This document shows positions 10,284-21,520 of a stretch of DNA of 64,000 bases, in pieces. Origin of the DNA: an uncultured delta proteobacterium (GTDB taxonomy: Bacteria > Desulfobacterota > Syntrophia > Syntrophales > UBA2185); NCBI GenBank assembly GCA_963695875.1, contig CAVOID010000003.1:224001-288000 (forward strand), written 5' to 3'. Below the pieces are notes generated by a model, which was not told where the DNA came from, searched no databases, and saw only the letters and a list, made by a program, of their open reading frames with translations. The position numbers and the translations under genes are program-made. Each line of letters starts with the position of its first letter. Position 1 is the first letter of the stretch.

Positions 10284-10736
10284 AACTTTAATCCTCCTTT
10301 CTAAAAATTCTCTTAAGTCGGATTTTCACTATGACAGAAAGAAAAAAGCCACCGATACTCTAAAAAGTATGGCGGCCATCCTTTGCAATTCAAAATGTAT
10401 TAATCCAAACTTACTTAGTTAGTATTATATATAGAGTCTTTTATCAGAAGTCAAGGACTAATCTTTAATATTTAATTATTTCAATAAATTGTTTGATATT
10501 TCTAGCCATTTCAAATGAATAACATCGTCATGTGATCTTAGTTTTTTATTTTAGTACATCGATGCAAGCTTTCAGTCCTCAATCCAGACTTGGAACTATC
10601 TACATGCAAAAGTAGGGTCTTTCCCCGCCTAAATGGGGTGCTCCCCCCATTGTCTTCATTCCCCCGAATATCTTAAGGTTGTATCCGGCAGATAAGAATA
10701 TTCAGCTTGATCATACAAAAGAGAGGAGGGTTTATT

Positions 10737-12050
10737 ATGGATCTAAATACCATCAGTACAATTGGAATCATTGTTTCACTGGCTTTCATTATTGTTCTTG
10801 CCCTCAGAGGGTGGCATATCATCATCATTGCTCCATTGGCCGCGATACTTGTTGCCTTGTTCTCCAACATGACTGTACTTGATACGCTTACCGGGCCATA
10901 CATGAAAGGGTTCATCAACTACGCGGGAAAGTTTTATCTCATTTTCCTAATGGGGTCCGTCTTCGGCAAATTCATGGAGGACAGCGGCGCTGCGCGCTCC
11001 ATCTCCCATTCGATCCTCAACATCATCGGCCGTGCAAACCCGCTGAGGGTCTTGCTGGCAGTCTCCGTCATCTGTATGGTGCTGACATATGGCGGCGTCA
11101 GCCTCTTTGTAGTTATCTTTACGGTTATTCCCATTGCCAGACCCCTATTCAAGGAAGCGGATCTGCCCTGGCATTTGTTTGTTCTTGCCTTCGTCTTTGG
11201 GGCCGCTTCGCTGACCATGACCATGCTGCCCGGCTCCCCGCAAATTCAAAATATCATGCCTACCAAGTACATGCAATCCACTGCAATGGCCGCCCCGATT
11301 ATCGGTCTAATGGGCGCTGCAGTCGTCTTGACGCTTAACATCCTTTACATGAAATATTGTCTAAAGAAGGTGAAGGAAAAGGGAGAGGTTTACGTTCCCC
11401 CAACCGGTACGGGGGTTATTGGTTCGGGTCCCGAAGTGGAAAAACTGCCCAATGTCTGGCTGAGCTTGATTCCGATGATTGCGGTGATCGTATTATTGAA
11501 TGTCCCCGGAATAAAGATTGATATTATTTACTCTCTCGGCGGCGGTGCCCTCATCGCAGCCATCCTGTTCTGGAAACGTTATGCCAATATACTCGATACC
11601 CTGAACAAAGGGGCCATCAACACCGTTATCCCCATCGTCAACACTTGTGCCGACGTCGGTTACGGGATGGCTGTTGCGGCAACGGCCGGCTTCAAGGTCG
11701 TTTCCGCATGGCTTTTGACTTTGCCCATGCATCCCATCATCTCGTTGTCCATCGCCACGAACATCATGGCCGGTATAACGGGGTCGGCTTCCGGCGGAAT
11801 GGGAATTATTCTGGAAACACTGGCTCCCAAATATCTCGCTCTGGGTTTAAGTCCGGAACTCGTACATCGCATTGTTGCCATGTCCTCCGGTTGTTTCGAT
11901 GCCATGCCTCATAACGGTGTCGTAATCACGATTCTCGCAGTTTGCGGACTGACCCATGTGGACGCCTACAGGCATATCTGGTGGGGCCATGTTGTCGCCA
12001 CATTGATTGCGCTTGTCATCGTCATTCCTCTGGGCATATTGATTTACTGA
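10737..12050 (+). CDS. GntP-family permease (carboxylate transporter)
   Basis: Polytopic; GKFMEDSGAA, LPGSPQIQN, AGITGSASGG, MPHNG; RBS GAGGAGG before 10737. Confidence 0.88.
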   Translation: MDLNTISTIGIIVSLAFIIVLALRGWHIIIIAPLAAILVALFSNMTVLDTLTGPYMKGFINYAGKFYLIFLMGSVFGKFMEDSGAARSISHSILNIIGRANPLRVLLAVSVICMVLTYGGVSLFVVIFTVIPIARPLFKEADLPWHLFVLAFVFGAASLTMTMLPGSPQIQNIMPTKYMQSTAMAAPIIGLMGAAVVLTLNILYMKYCLKKVKEKGEVYVPPTGTGVIGSGPEVEKLPNVWLSLIPMIAVIVLLNVPGIKIDIIYSLGGGALIAAILFWKRYANILDTLNKGAINTVIPIVNTCADVGYGMAVAATAGFKVVSAWLLTLPMHPIISLSIATNIMAGITGSASGGMGIILETLAPKYLALGLSPELVHRIVAMSSGCFDAMPHNGVVITILAVCGLTHVDAYRHIWWGHVVATLIALVIVIPLGILIY

Positions 12051-12070
12051 TCTTCTATAGGAGAAATACC

Positions 12071-13036
12071 ATGAAGACAGCAGAGATCAGAAAGACGGCC
12101 GTCCTGGGGGGCGGCCTCATCGGGTCAAGCTGGGCGACAAATTTTCTGTGGAAGGGCTTTCCAGTCCATATCTATGACGTCAGCGAAGAGGCTCTAAAGA
12201 CAGCCCGGGGACAAATCCGGGGGAACATGGAATATCTCGTAAGCAAAGGCGTCCTTTCGGCGGACAAAATGAACGTGGCCTTGAGCCTGGTAAAATATAC
12301 GACCAGCATTGAAGAAGCCCTGAAGGATGTGCAATTCATCCAGGAGGCTGCTCTGGAGAAATATGAGGTGAAACAAGCCCTGCTTGCCGAAGTGGATAGG
12401 TACGCACAGGCGGACGTTGTCGTTGCGAGCAGTACGTCGGGTCTTCTGATCACGGAGATCGTGAAAGATTCCCCGTATCCGAAAAGATGTCTCGGCGCGC
12501 ACCCGTATAATCCTCCCCACCTGATTCCTCTTGTAGAAATCAGCAAGGGAAAAAAGACGAGCTCGGAAACCGTGCAGACGGCCTGCGACTTCTACAAATC
12601 CATAGGAAAGGAACCGGTCGTTCTTCAGAAGGAAGCCCTCGGGTTCATCGCTAACAGACTCGCCGTCGCCCTCTGGCGAGAAGCAGTTGATCTCGTCATG
12701 AGGGGCGTCTGTTCCGTAGAGGACGTGGACAAGGCCGTGTGCTTCGGGCCGGGGCTGCGCTACGCCCTCATGGGCCCCAATCTCACTTATCATCTGGGCG
12801 GCGGACCACAAGGGATTCAGGGACTGATAAAGCACATCGGACCCTCGGTGGAGTTATGGTGGGATGATATGGCTGTCTGGAAGAACTGGCCGCCAGGCTG
12901 GGCCGAAATTGCGCAGGAAGGTGTGCTCCGGGAAATCGCCCACCGTGTGCCTGAACAGGGCAGGACGAACGAGGAGATCGTCAGGTGGCGGGACGACGGT
13001 CTCATTGAAATTCTGAAATATTTAAAAAAGATCTGA
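12071..13036 (+). CDS. 3-hydroxyacyl-CoA dehydrogenase family (carnitine dehydrogenase/lambda-crystallin-like)
   Basis: GGGLIG, SSTSG, AHPYNPPHLIPLVE, GFIANRL, GPGLRYA. Confidence 0.9.
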   Translation: MKTAEIRKTAVLGGGLIGSSWATNFLWKGFPVHIYDVSEEALKTARGQIRGNMEYLVSKGVLSADKMNVALSLVKYTTSIEEALKDVQFIQEAALEKYEVKQALLAEVDRYAQADVVVASSTSGLLITEIVKDSPYPKRCLGAHPYNPPHLIPLVEISKGKKTSSETVQTACDFYKSIGKEPVVLQKEALGFIANRLAVALWREAVDLVMRGVCSVEDVDKAVCFGPGLRYALMGPNLTYHLGGGPQGIQGLIKHIGPSVELWWDDMAVWKNWPPGWAEIAQEGVLREIAHRVPEQGRTNEEIVRWRDDGLIEILKYLKKI

Positions 13037-13120
13037 AGGGTACGTGAGGTCATGAGGTTGATGAAAATTCAAAGACCGCTAACATTCGTAAATGATAGTG
13101 TTGATTACTAAGGAGGAATT

Positions 13121-14027
13121 ATGAACAAACCATTTGAACGTATTGCAGTCGTTGGTGCCGGTCTCTTAGGCACGCAGATAGCCATGTTGTCAGTCTACGC
13201 GGGCTACAAAGTTACCGCCTTCGATACCAGAAAAAGCGCCTTTGACGAGACATATGATAAACTGTTTGCAGACTTGAAAGCGAAAGGCGTGACCCCTTTC
13301 ATTCCCTGGAATGATTGGGAAAAATGTAAGCGCGGAGTTTCTTTTACAACCAATATGAATGAGGCGCTAAGAGATGTTGATTTTGTCGTGGAAGCGGCAA
13401 CGGAGGACGTGGAACTGAAGCGCAAAATCTTCAAACAGATGGGAGAAATTGCGCCTCCCATGGCTATCTTTGCCACAAACAGCTCATCTCTCCCCATATC
13501 CAGGATGGAAGACAGCAGCGGCAGACCGGAACGCTGCATCAACACCCACTTTTATCTTCCGTTGCAGGGAATGAACATGGCTGATATCATGGGGGGAACA
13601 AAGACCCTTCCGGAGGTTCTTGAGAAAGGTGAAGGGTGGATTCGAACACTCGGTTTTGTTCCACTGAAAGTGAAAAAGGAGATATTGGGCTTCTGCTTCA
13701 ACAACGTCTGGCGGGCGATAAAGAAACAGGCCCTCTATATGTGGGGGAATGATTTTGTCGATTTCCGGGATATTGATCGAGCCTGGCGAATCTTTACAGG
13801 CATGAAGGTGGGGGTTTTTGGCACTGATGGATACAGTCGGCCTGGATACAGTCTACAACATCGAAATGGTCTATTACGATGATTCGAAAGATCCCAAAGA
13901 CAAACCACCCGATGCTCTTATGGAGAAAATAAGGAAAGGAGAACTGGGCGTGAAGAGCGGGAAGGGATTTTACACGTATCCGAATCCCGAGTTTCTCCAG
14001 CCGGACTTCTTGAATCCGAAAAAATAA
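13121..14027 (+). CDS. Second 3-hydroxyacyl-CoA dehydrogenase family protein (frameshifted near 13815)
   Basis: GAGLLG, TNSSS, THF; C-terminal GELGVKSGKGFYTY in ORF 13818..14027. Confidence 0.88.
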
Positions 14028-14049
14028 AATATTCACAAGGAGAAAACAT

Positions 14050-14973
14050 ATGAAAGAGAAAGCCATCATAACCGCGGCCATTACGGGCAGCATCCACACA
14101 CCGACCATGTCGGACTATCTCCCCATCACGCCGAAGCAGATAGCCAATGAGGCAGTGCAAGCCTATGAAGCAGGGGCGGCGGTCTGCCATGTCCACGCGA
14201 GGAATCCCGAGACGGGTGTGCCCGTTCCCGATGTCAACCTCATGAAGGAGATCATTACGGAGATCAAGAGCCGATGCGACATAGTGGTCTGCATTACGAC
14301 GGGTGGTGGACTGGGCATGACGGTGGAGCAGCGGGTCGCTCCGGTGACTCTCTACAAGCCGGAACTCGCCTCCTTCAATGCCGGCTCCATCAACTTTGCT
14401 CTCTTCCCCGTGATCCCAAGATACAAAGAGTGGAAATTTGAATGGGAGAAACAGTACCTAGGCATGACGGAGGACTTCATCTTTGCCAATACCTTCAAGT
14501 CCATGAAGGAGTACTGTGCCAAGTTTAATGATACGGGGACAAAGCCCGAGTTTGAGATTTACGATGCCGGCATGGTGAACAACGTTGCCTTCATGATCCA
14601 GGCCGGTTACGTCAAGGCACCCGTCTACATCCAGTTCGTAATGGGCGTCTTGGGCGGTATCACCCCGAGTTCTGAAAATTTAATGTTTCTTGTGGACTAC
14701 GCGAAAAGGATGATCGGTGACTTCGAATTCTCCGTTTGTGTCGCAGGCCGTGCACAGTTCCCTATCTGCACCCAGTCGCTTCTCATCGGAGGGAACGTCC
14801 GGGTGGGTCTCGAAGATAACCTCTATCTTGATAAGGGCAGGATGGCGAAGAGCAATGCAGAACAGGTGGCCAAGATCGCCCGCATCGCCCGCGAGCTCGG
14901 GATAGATCCGGCCACGCCTGACGAGGCCCGAAAGATCCTCGGACTAAAAGGAATCGACAAGGTTAATTATTAG
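14050..14973 (+). CDS. Beta-keto acid cleavage enzyme (BKACE/Kce, DUF849)
   Basis: ITAAITG, HVHAR, KPEFEIYD, NVRVGLEDN. Confidence 0.93.
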   Translation: MKEKAIITAAITGSIHTPTMSDYLPITPKQIANEAVQAYEAGAAVCHVHARNPETGVPVPDVNLMKEIITEIKSRCDIVVCITTGGGLGMTVEQRVAPVTLYKPELASFNAGSINFALFPVIPRYKEWKFEWEKQYLGMTEDFIFANTFKSMKEYCAKFNDTGTKPEFEIYDAGMVNNVAFMIQAGYVKAPVYIQFVMGVLGGITPSSENLMFLVDYAKRMIGDFEFSVCVAGRAQFPICTQSLLIGGNVRVGLEDNLYLDKGRMAKSNAEQVAKIARIARELGIDPATPDEARKILGLKGIDKVNY

Positions 14974-15043
14974 AAACGCTCCGACAGAAAAAATACCCGG
15001 CTGATTGACCATGAGAAAGTGGAACGGGGCAATGGTCTTCGAT

Positions 15044-16079
15044 TTATTTTTCCGTTTTCTCCAGATGGCTGGCACGAACACCGATGAGGCGCACCTTCTT
15101 TTTGAGCTCAACCCGCTTCAGGCAGGCGAAAGCTGTTTTTCTTATTTCCTCTTCTGAATCCGTCGATTGGGGGAGGGTGTGTGCCCTGGTCAGGGTTTCG
15201 AAATCACTGAACCTGATCTTGACGGTAACAGTCCTTGCTTTAAAACCGCTGTCTTTCATCTCCGCGACAACTTCCCGCGTAAGTTCAGCGAGGGTTTTTG
15301 CTATGGATTGCCAGTTGGAAATATCCTGCTGGAAGGTAGTCTCCCTGCTTATGGATTTTGGTTCCCAATGAGTAATCAGGGGGCTGTCATCAATCCCCCT
15401 GGAGGCATGATAGAGATAATGTTCCATAAGAAGGGCCAAATCTGTCCGTCAACGTCACCAGAGGCAAAGAGGCAAGGGCACCTATCGTTTCGATCCCCAT
15501 GTCCTTGAGATATTTTTCCGTCTTCGGGCCGATTCCCCAGAGTTTCCTGACCGGTAAAGGATGTAGTATGCTCGCTATATCATTTTCCAAGATTATTGTG
15601 AGGCCGTCCGGCTTATCCATGTCTGAGGCGATCTTGGCAAGCAGCTTGTTAGGGGCGATGCCGATCGAGCCGGTCAGCCCTGTCTCTTCTTTGATCTCCT
15701 TCTTAATTTCTTCTGCAATTTCCTCTGAATGTTTGCCGATCTCGGATATATCGAGGAATGCCTCATCAATTCCCACATCTTCAACGATGGGAGTGAATCT
15801 CCGAAGGATAGCCTTGATCTTTTGGGATTCTCTTGAATATGCTTCATAATCGACAGGAAGAAAGACCGCATGAGGGCACAGCTCATAGGCGGTCTTCAAA
15901 GGCATGGCGGAATGGATGCCGAACTTTCTCGCCTCATACGAAGCGGTGGATACGACACCTCGTTTGGTGGGGTCGCCGCTGCCCCCGATGACCAGAGGTT
16001 TGCCGGTTAACTCGGGGTGCCTTTTCTCCTCCACAGCGGCGAAAAAGGCGTCCATATCAATGTGAAGGATTCGTCTCAA
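15044..16079 (-). CDS. dinB: DNA polymerase IV (frameshifted near 15420)
   Basis: HIDMDAFFAAVE, ASYEARKFG, GIDEAFLD, little-finger VRLIGV. Confidence 0.93.
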
Positions 16080-16085
16080 AGCGCA

Positions 16086-17582
16086 TTATTCGGGTTGGCT
16101 GTTATAGCCGGATTCACCGGCAAAGGCCTGATCGTACAGTGAGTTAAAGCCATCCTTGCCTGTTGCAAGCATCAGTGTCAGCGGCATCACTTTCTTTCCC
16201 AGATTGACCATCCGTTCTGCCGTTTCTCTGATGTCCCACTGGGCATGCCTGTCCGCCCGTAGACGGGCAATATGGTATAGTTCCCTTGCATTGATCTTCA
16301 TGGAAATACGCTTGCGATGGGCATTGGTGAGGATATAGCTTGCTGCCACAAGGGCTTTCTGCTTAATCAGTTCATATGCTTTTTCAGTTTTGCTGATCAT
16401 CTGACGGAACGGTTTATCCATGCCGATCTCTTTAATTGAGGGTGGTATGGTTACGCCGAGGGATGTATCATACTCCTGGCCGGTGATGGCGGCCATACGG
16501 TGGCGTTTCATTTGGGCGAAACAGCTGGCGCTGATCACCAATTCAAAATGAAGATCGACATTTTCAAATTCCCGCAGAACAGGGTCGTAGGCCTTTATGT
16601 GCCGCAAAACTGTTTTTATGAGACCTTCTTTTTCACGTCTGTCCATCGAAGAAACGATTTGCAGGCATTGTGACATCGGCAAACTTGATGAGGAATGGAT
16701 AAGTGCGGTTATGACCCTATTGTCCGCATCGGGTGTTGCATGGACAAGACATACTGTCTCCCCGGCAGCGGATGTTTGTCCCCACCTTCTTCTTCCCACT
16801 CAGTGTCTTTACCCTTTCCTTCAAAGCCTGTCTTGTCAGGCGGTCATAGTCTGTGACCTCGGTGTAACGGATAAGTGAGGGAGCGACCTCCTTCGTTACC
16901 TCATAAAGTTTCCGGCTGTATTCTTGTGCTTCGGCCAGGGGATGAGCAGCAAGGCGGCGAAGCATCAATTCCAGATTCCTCGCATTGATGGTCATCCCCA
17001 ACTGGGTCTCCGTGGCAAGGGAAATGACATAGCGGGCGTCTTCTTTCGCCCAGCCTTCCAGCAAAGTACGGTTCTTCGGATCGGCTGGCGAGGTCTCTGT
17101 GCTTTTCGAAGACATAGGGTTTCAGTTTCTCATACAGTTCATGATAGAATCTATTTTGTTACCGGATGATATAAACAAATGACTCTTCCAGACCGGCCTC
17201 ACAAATTTCTGCAGGAATGACAAAATCGTCTTTGAGCAGGACATACCGTTGTGATTTTTCCGTGAAAGAACAGAGGCGGAATTTTTCGATCTCTTCCACC
17301 AGAAGTCTGGAAACACCGATAACATCTATGTTGAAGACGGCATGTTCGGCGATGGAGCTGTGTCCCATCTCAAAGACGATGTTCCTGTTGGACTGCCGCG
17401 CCTTTTCCAGCTCCTGCCGGGCAATGCGCTCGCAATTCATCGACGGATCTGGGACTGCGGCTTATCCGGGCATAAGCGGCGGAGATCGTTTCCGGCGTCA
17501 GGTTTTTCTGATCGGGATGAGACTCCTGGAATTCCCGGATCGTTTCATAATCCAGATTGTAGCCGGCAAGGATTATCTTCAT
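16086..17582 (-). CDS. thyX: Tandem-domain FAD-dependent thymidylate synthase (several frameshifts)
   Basis: ARISRS, GHSSIAEH, EKSQRY, NARNL; second domain QMKRHR, NARELYH, HAQWDIR. Confidence 0.85.
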
Positions 17583-17600
17583 GCATGCCCCTTTCTTCTG

Positions 17601-18407
17601 CTACCACTTGACGACTTCCACGTGGGAGAGTGTGCGTCCAAGGAAACTTTCTCCGATTGTCTGGAAGTGATAGGGAACATCCGTAACGTAGAATCTGTAT
17701 TCCGGGGGAGTCCGTGCAGGATTCCCCAAATTGGTTTCATTTAATAATTGGGCTGTGATGGCAGCCATGGCTTCCGCAGAATCTACAAGGCGAATTTCCG
17801 GCCCTACAACATCCCGTATGAGGGGTTTGATGAGGGGATAATGGGTGCATCCCAGGACAAGGGTATCTATGTGCTCCGCAAGAACCGGCCTGAGGTATTC
17901 CTGAGCGGTAAGGAGGGTAACGGGATGGTTCAGCCACCCTTCCTCAACCAGGGGTACAAAAAGCGGGCAGGCTTGAGAAAAGATGCGGATAGTTGGATCT
18001 TGTTGATGAATGGCGCGGGCGTAGGCATTACTGTTGATGGTCGCCGGTGTGCCGATGACGCCGATAATTTTGGTTCGTGTTTCGGAGATGGCTTCACGGG
18101 CGCCTGCATCGATTACATCTAATACAGGAACCGGCGAAAGGTTCTTGACGGCCTGGTAGGCGACAGCGGCCATGGTATTGCAGGCAATGATGAGCAGTTT
18201 AACATCCTTCTTCAGTAAAAATTGTGTGATCTGCGTGGCGTATTGGGTAATCGTCTCCGGTGATTTCACGCCGTATGGCACCCGTGCCGTGTCGCCGAAA
18301 TAGACAATGCTTTCGAAGGGCAATCGTTCCATGAGCGCACGTACAACGGTGAGTCCGCCGATACCGGAATCAAATACACCTATGGGACAGCTGGGAACGG
18401 GTTGCAT
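17601..18407 (-). CDS. murI: Glutamate racemase
   Basis: FDSGIGGLTV, IACNT, LGCTHYP. Confidence 0.97.
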   Translation of the reverse strand: MQPVPSCPIGVFDSGIGGLTVVRALMERLPFESIVYFGDTARVPYGVKSPETITQYATQITQFLLKKDVKLLIIACNTMAAVAYQAVKNLSPVPVLDVIDAGAREAISETRTKIIGVIGTPATINSNAYARAIHQQDPTIRIFSQACPLFVPLVEEGWLNHPVTLLTAQEYLRPVLAEHIDTLVLGCTHYPLIKPLIRDVVGPEIRLVDSAEAMAAITAQLLNETNLGNPARTPPEYRFYVTDVPYHFQTIGESFLGRTLSHVEVVKW

Positions 18408-18595
18408 AGTCTCTCCTTAACATTAAAAGGGAATCTTATTTAGCACAACCTCGTAAAAAAGCAAAGACAAGAAGTATGTGTTTATCTCAGCTTTATGTTG
18501 AAATGATACGATAAATGAGATATTTTCCCATAAGATATAATCACAGAGGCATTAAATCTCCACTGTTTAGGTTCTCACTAATGAAAGGAATATCA

Positions 18596-19649
18596 ATGCA
18601 TACTCCGAAGATCCAGAATATACTTTTTTTCACGGCGTTGATCCTCGTTTCTCTCCTGTTTCTATATCTCCTCACGCCGTTTTTTTCACCTATTTTCTGG
18701 GCAGCTGTCATTGCGAGTATTTTCAGGCCTCTCTATGAACGGTTCAATAAGAAATGGAATCGACCCAGTTTCTGTGCCACAGCAATTCTTCTAATAATTG
18801 CGCTTATCATAATGCTGCCGGGAAGCATCATCGGAAGCTTGTTGTTTTCCGAGTCTGTGCGTATGTATGAATCCCTCAGCACGGATGGTGGTAGTGTGGG
18901 AAACATTGTTACAAGTGTCACCGGATGCAGTAAAAGATAATCCGTACATTACCCGGTTGCACATTGACGAACAATTTTGGACAGAAAAGTTTTCTGAAAT
19001 CGCCAGAAGTATTTCCAACTATATCTTTATCAACCTGAAGGCACTCACACAAAATACCCTCGTTTTTATTGTACAGTTTGCGGTCATGCTCTATACATTG
19101 TTTTTCTTTATTCGCGATGGGGATAAGTTTTTAGGGATGGTTATGCGGGTCTTCTCCCTGGGTCAGGAAAGGGAAAAAGTCCTTTATGAACAGTTTGTCG
19201 CGACGACGAGAGCCACGTTGAAGGTGACGCTGATTATTGGAGGCCTTCAGGGATCAATGGGAGGTCTGATTTTTTGGGTGACTGGTATTGAAGGAGCACT
19301 GCTCTGGGGTGTCGTAATGGTACTTATGTCCATCGTACCGGTTGTCGGTTGCTCGGTTATCTGGGTTCCTGCCAGTGTGATAATGCTGTTAACGGGACAT
19401 ATATGGAAGGGGATACTGATCCTTGCTTTTGGCGTTATTGTTATTAGTGTGGTGGACAATCTCTTGCGTCCCGTACTCCTTGGCAGAGATGTGCAGATGC
19501 ACCCTTTATTGATTTTTTTGTCGACTCTGGGAGGACTCTCACTCTTCGGATTCTCCGGTTTTGTTATCGGTCCCATCATCGCCTCACTGCTGCTTGCGAT
19601 ATGGGCGATGTATGATCAGTTTTATCGGGATTCATTATCCAGCGACTGA
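18596..19649 (+). CDS. AI-2E (PerM/YdiK) family transporter (frameshifted near 18900)
   Basis: Hydrophobic; FFFIRDG, DNLLRP, HPLLIF..GG..FG..G..IGP. Confidence 0.88.
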
Positions 19650-19694
19650 CGGCTCCGTAAAAAGTCCATACACTGCGTTGCGCTTCATCCTTCA
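19647..19694 (+). repeat. MITE-like repeat family A, partial copy
   Basis: TGACGGCTCCGTAAAAAGTCCAT..GTTGCGCTTCATCCTT matches the copies at 20718, 32482 and 37822. Confidence 0.8.
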
Positions 19695-20693
19695 TGACCA
19701 AATGCTGTGAGTAATGAAGTGAGTGAGCGCGGAGATCAGAGCCGCCATGGGGATCGTTAATACCCACGCCCATACAATATTTCCGGCCACACCCCAGCGA
19801 ACGGCCGTAAGCCTCTTTGTAGAACCCACCCCGACGATGGCGCCTGTAATGGTATGGGTTGTACTCACGGGGATGCCCGCGAGAGATGCCCCAATGATGG
19901 AGATGGCAGCCGCGGTCTCTGCGCAGAATCCTCCAATGGGCTGGAGCTTTGTGATCTTGGTGCCCATCGTCTTGACAATACGCCAGCCCCCCGACATAAT
20001 CCCCAGGGCGATGACAGTGTAACATGAGATAATTACCCAGATGGGAATGTAAAAGGTTGGTCCGAGGTAACCATGGCTGTAAAGAATTAGTGCAATTATT
20101 CCCATAGTTTTCTGGGCGTCGTTTGTACCATGGCCCATGCTGTAAACTGCGCATGAGACGAGCTGTAGTTTTCGGAATATCCTGTCCGATCCTGTCACCG
20201 TAGAATGCCGGCTGATGTTAAGCACCAAAATCATCATGGCTAATCCGAGAATTAAACCTATGACCGGGGACAGCACGATAAAAATGGCTGTTTTTATGAT
20301 ACCGCTCCATACTAGGACACTGGTCCCTCCTTCAATGATGCCCGCACCGATGAGGCCGCCGATGAGGGCATGAGAGGAGCTGCTGGGCAGCCCGAAATAC
20401 CAGGTAACAATGTTCCAGATGATGGCGCCGCTCAGGGCCGAAAGAATGAGAGAATTGTCTACGATAGATGGATTAATGATGCCGGTACCAATAGTCTTAG
20501 CTACCTGTACACCGACAAAAAAGACAGCGGCAAACTCAAAGAATGCCGCCCAGAGAACGGCATATTTAGGAGAAAGGACCCTTGTTGAAACAATAGTTGA
20601 AATTGCGTTGGCAGAATCATGAAAGCCGTTGAGAAAATCGAAAACCAGGGCTACCAGAATAAGAAAAATGACAAAAGCGAATGAATCAGGCAT
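19692..20693 (-). CDS. pit: Inorganic phosphate transporter (PiT family)
   Basis: GFHDSANAI, GLPSSSSH, HGTNDAQK, PVSTTH. Confidence 0.95.
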   Translation of the reverse strand: MPDSFAFVIFLILVALVFDFLNGFHDSANAISTIVSTRVLSPKYAVLWAAFFEFAAVFFVGVQVAKTIGTGIINPSIVDNSLILSALSGAIIWNIVTWYFGLPSSSSHALIGGLIGAGIIEGGTSVLVWSGIIKTAIFIVLSPVIGLILGLAMMILVLNISRHSTVTGSDRIFRKLQLVSCAVYSMGHGTNDAQKTMGIIALILYSHGYLGPTFYIPIWVIISCYTVIALGIMSGGWRIVKTMGTKITKLQPIGGFCAETAAAISIIGASLAGIPVSTTHTITGAIVGVGSTKRLTAVRWGVAGNIVWAWVLTIPMAALISALTHFITHSIWS

Positions 20694-20717
20694 AGTGATT
20701 TCGGAAAAACAGCAATC

Positions 20718-20749
20718 GAGGATGAAATGGATTTTTTGCGAAGCCGTCA
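20718..20749 (-). repeat. MITE-like repeat family A, deleted copy
   Basis: Reverse complement TGACGGCTTCGCAAAAAATCCAT, 20/23 identical to the 19647 copy. Confidence 0.7.
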
Positions 20750-21367
20750 GGCATGTTTCAGGACGATGCCTTCCACAATGTTAGAAACATCCTCACATAC
20801 ATCGATGGCCTCTTCAATACGTTCAAAGATTTCCTTCCATTTGATCAATTCGATGGCATCCTTTTCATTTTCGAAAAGATCGACCATCGCCGATCTCAGG
20901 ACAATATCACCTTCGTTTTCAAGCGTGTTGATCTCCACACAGGCATCTATGATCATCTTGGAGTTTTTCATGTCTCTCATGCCACAAACAATGAGTTTCA
21001 CCTTCTTGATGGCCTCGTTTAAAATCTTCGCCTGATCGATGATTACCTTGGTGGGCTTTTTCACTTTATAGAGGTGCATTCTGGCCGCAGCGGCTTCGGT
21101 CATATCCAGGATGCTGTCCATCTTATTGACCAGGTCATAAATGTCTTCGCGGTCCAAGGGGGTGAGGAATGTCTTGTGCATCTTTTCATAGGTTCTGTGG
21201 GTTATGACATCCGCCTCATGTTCCAGTTCTTTGAGTTTGGTTATCTTCGGCAGGGGATATTCATACGTTTCAACCATTTCCAGAAACATCTTTCCCCCCT
21301 CTTCGATTTTATTGATGAGTTCTTCAAAAAGATCGTAAAATTTTTCTTCTTTGGGAATGAGTCGCAT
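20747..21367 (-). CDS. DUF47 / PhoU-like phosphate transport regulator
   Basis: ELEHEAD, TFLTPLDREDI, ENEGD; directly upstream of pit. Confidence 0.92.
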   Translation of the reverse strand: MRLIPKEEKFYDLFEELINKIEEGGKMFLEMVETYEYPLPKITKLKELEHEADVITHRTYEKMHKTFLTPLDREDIYDLVNKMDSILDMTEAAAARMHLYKVKKPTKVIIDQAKILNEAIKKVKLIVCGMRDMKNSKMIIDACVEINTLENEGDIVLRSAMVDLFENEKDAIELIKWKEIFERIEEAIDVCEDVSNIVEGIVLKHA

Positions 21368-21502
21368 TGGATCTACCCTCCATAACGATTCATTATATGC
21401 GATCCGTTAACAAAAGGGATCTTATTGATGTGTATATTTTCAAATCTCATATAATGGCGAATGCTATCTACCGGATTATTGCCAAAAAAGCAATATGTTT
21501 TG

Positions 21503-21520
21503 GTGATAAATTTTTGACAG
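21503..21520 (-). promoter_or_regulatory. Pho box-like PhoB site
   Basis: Minus strand CTGTCAAAAATTTATCAC: two half-sites 11 bp apart, upstream of DUF47-pit. Confidence 0.6.
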
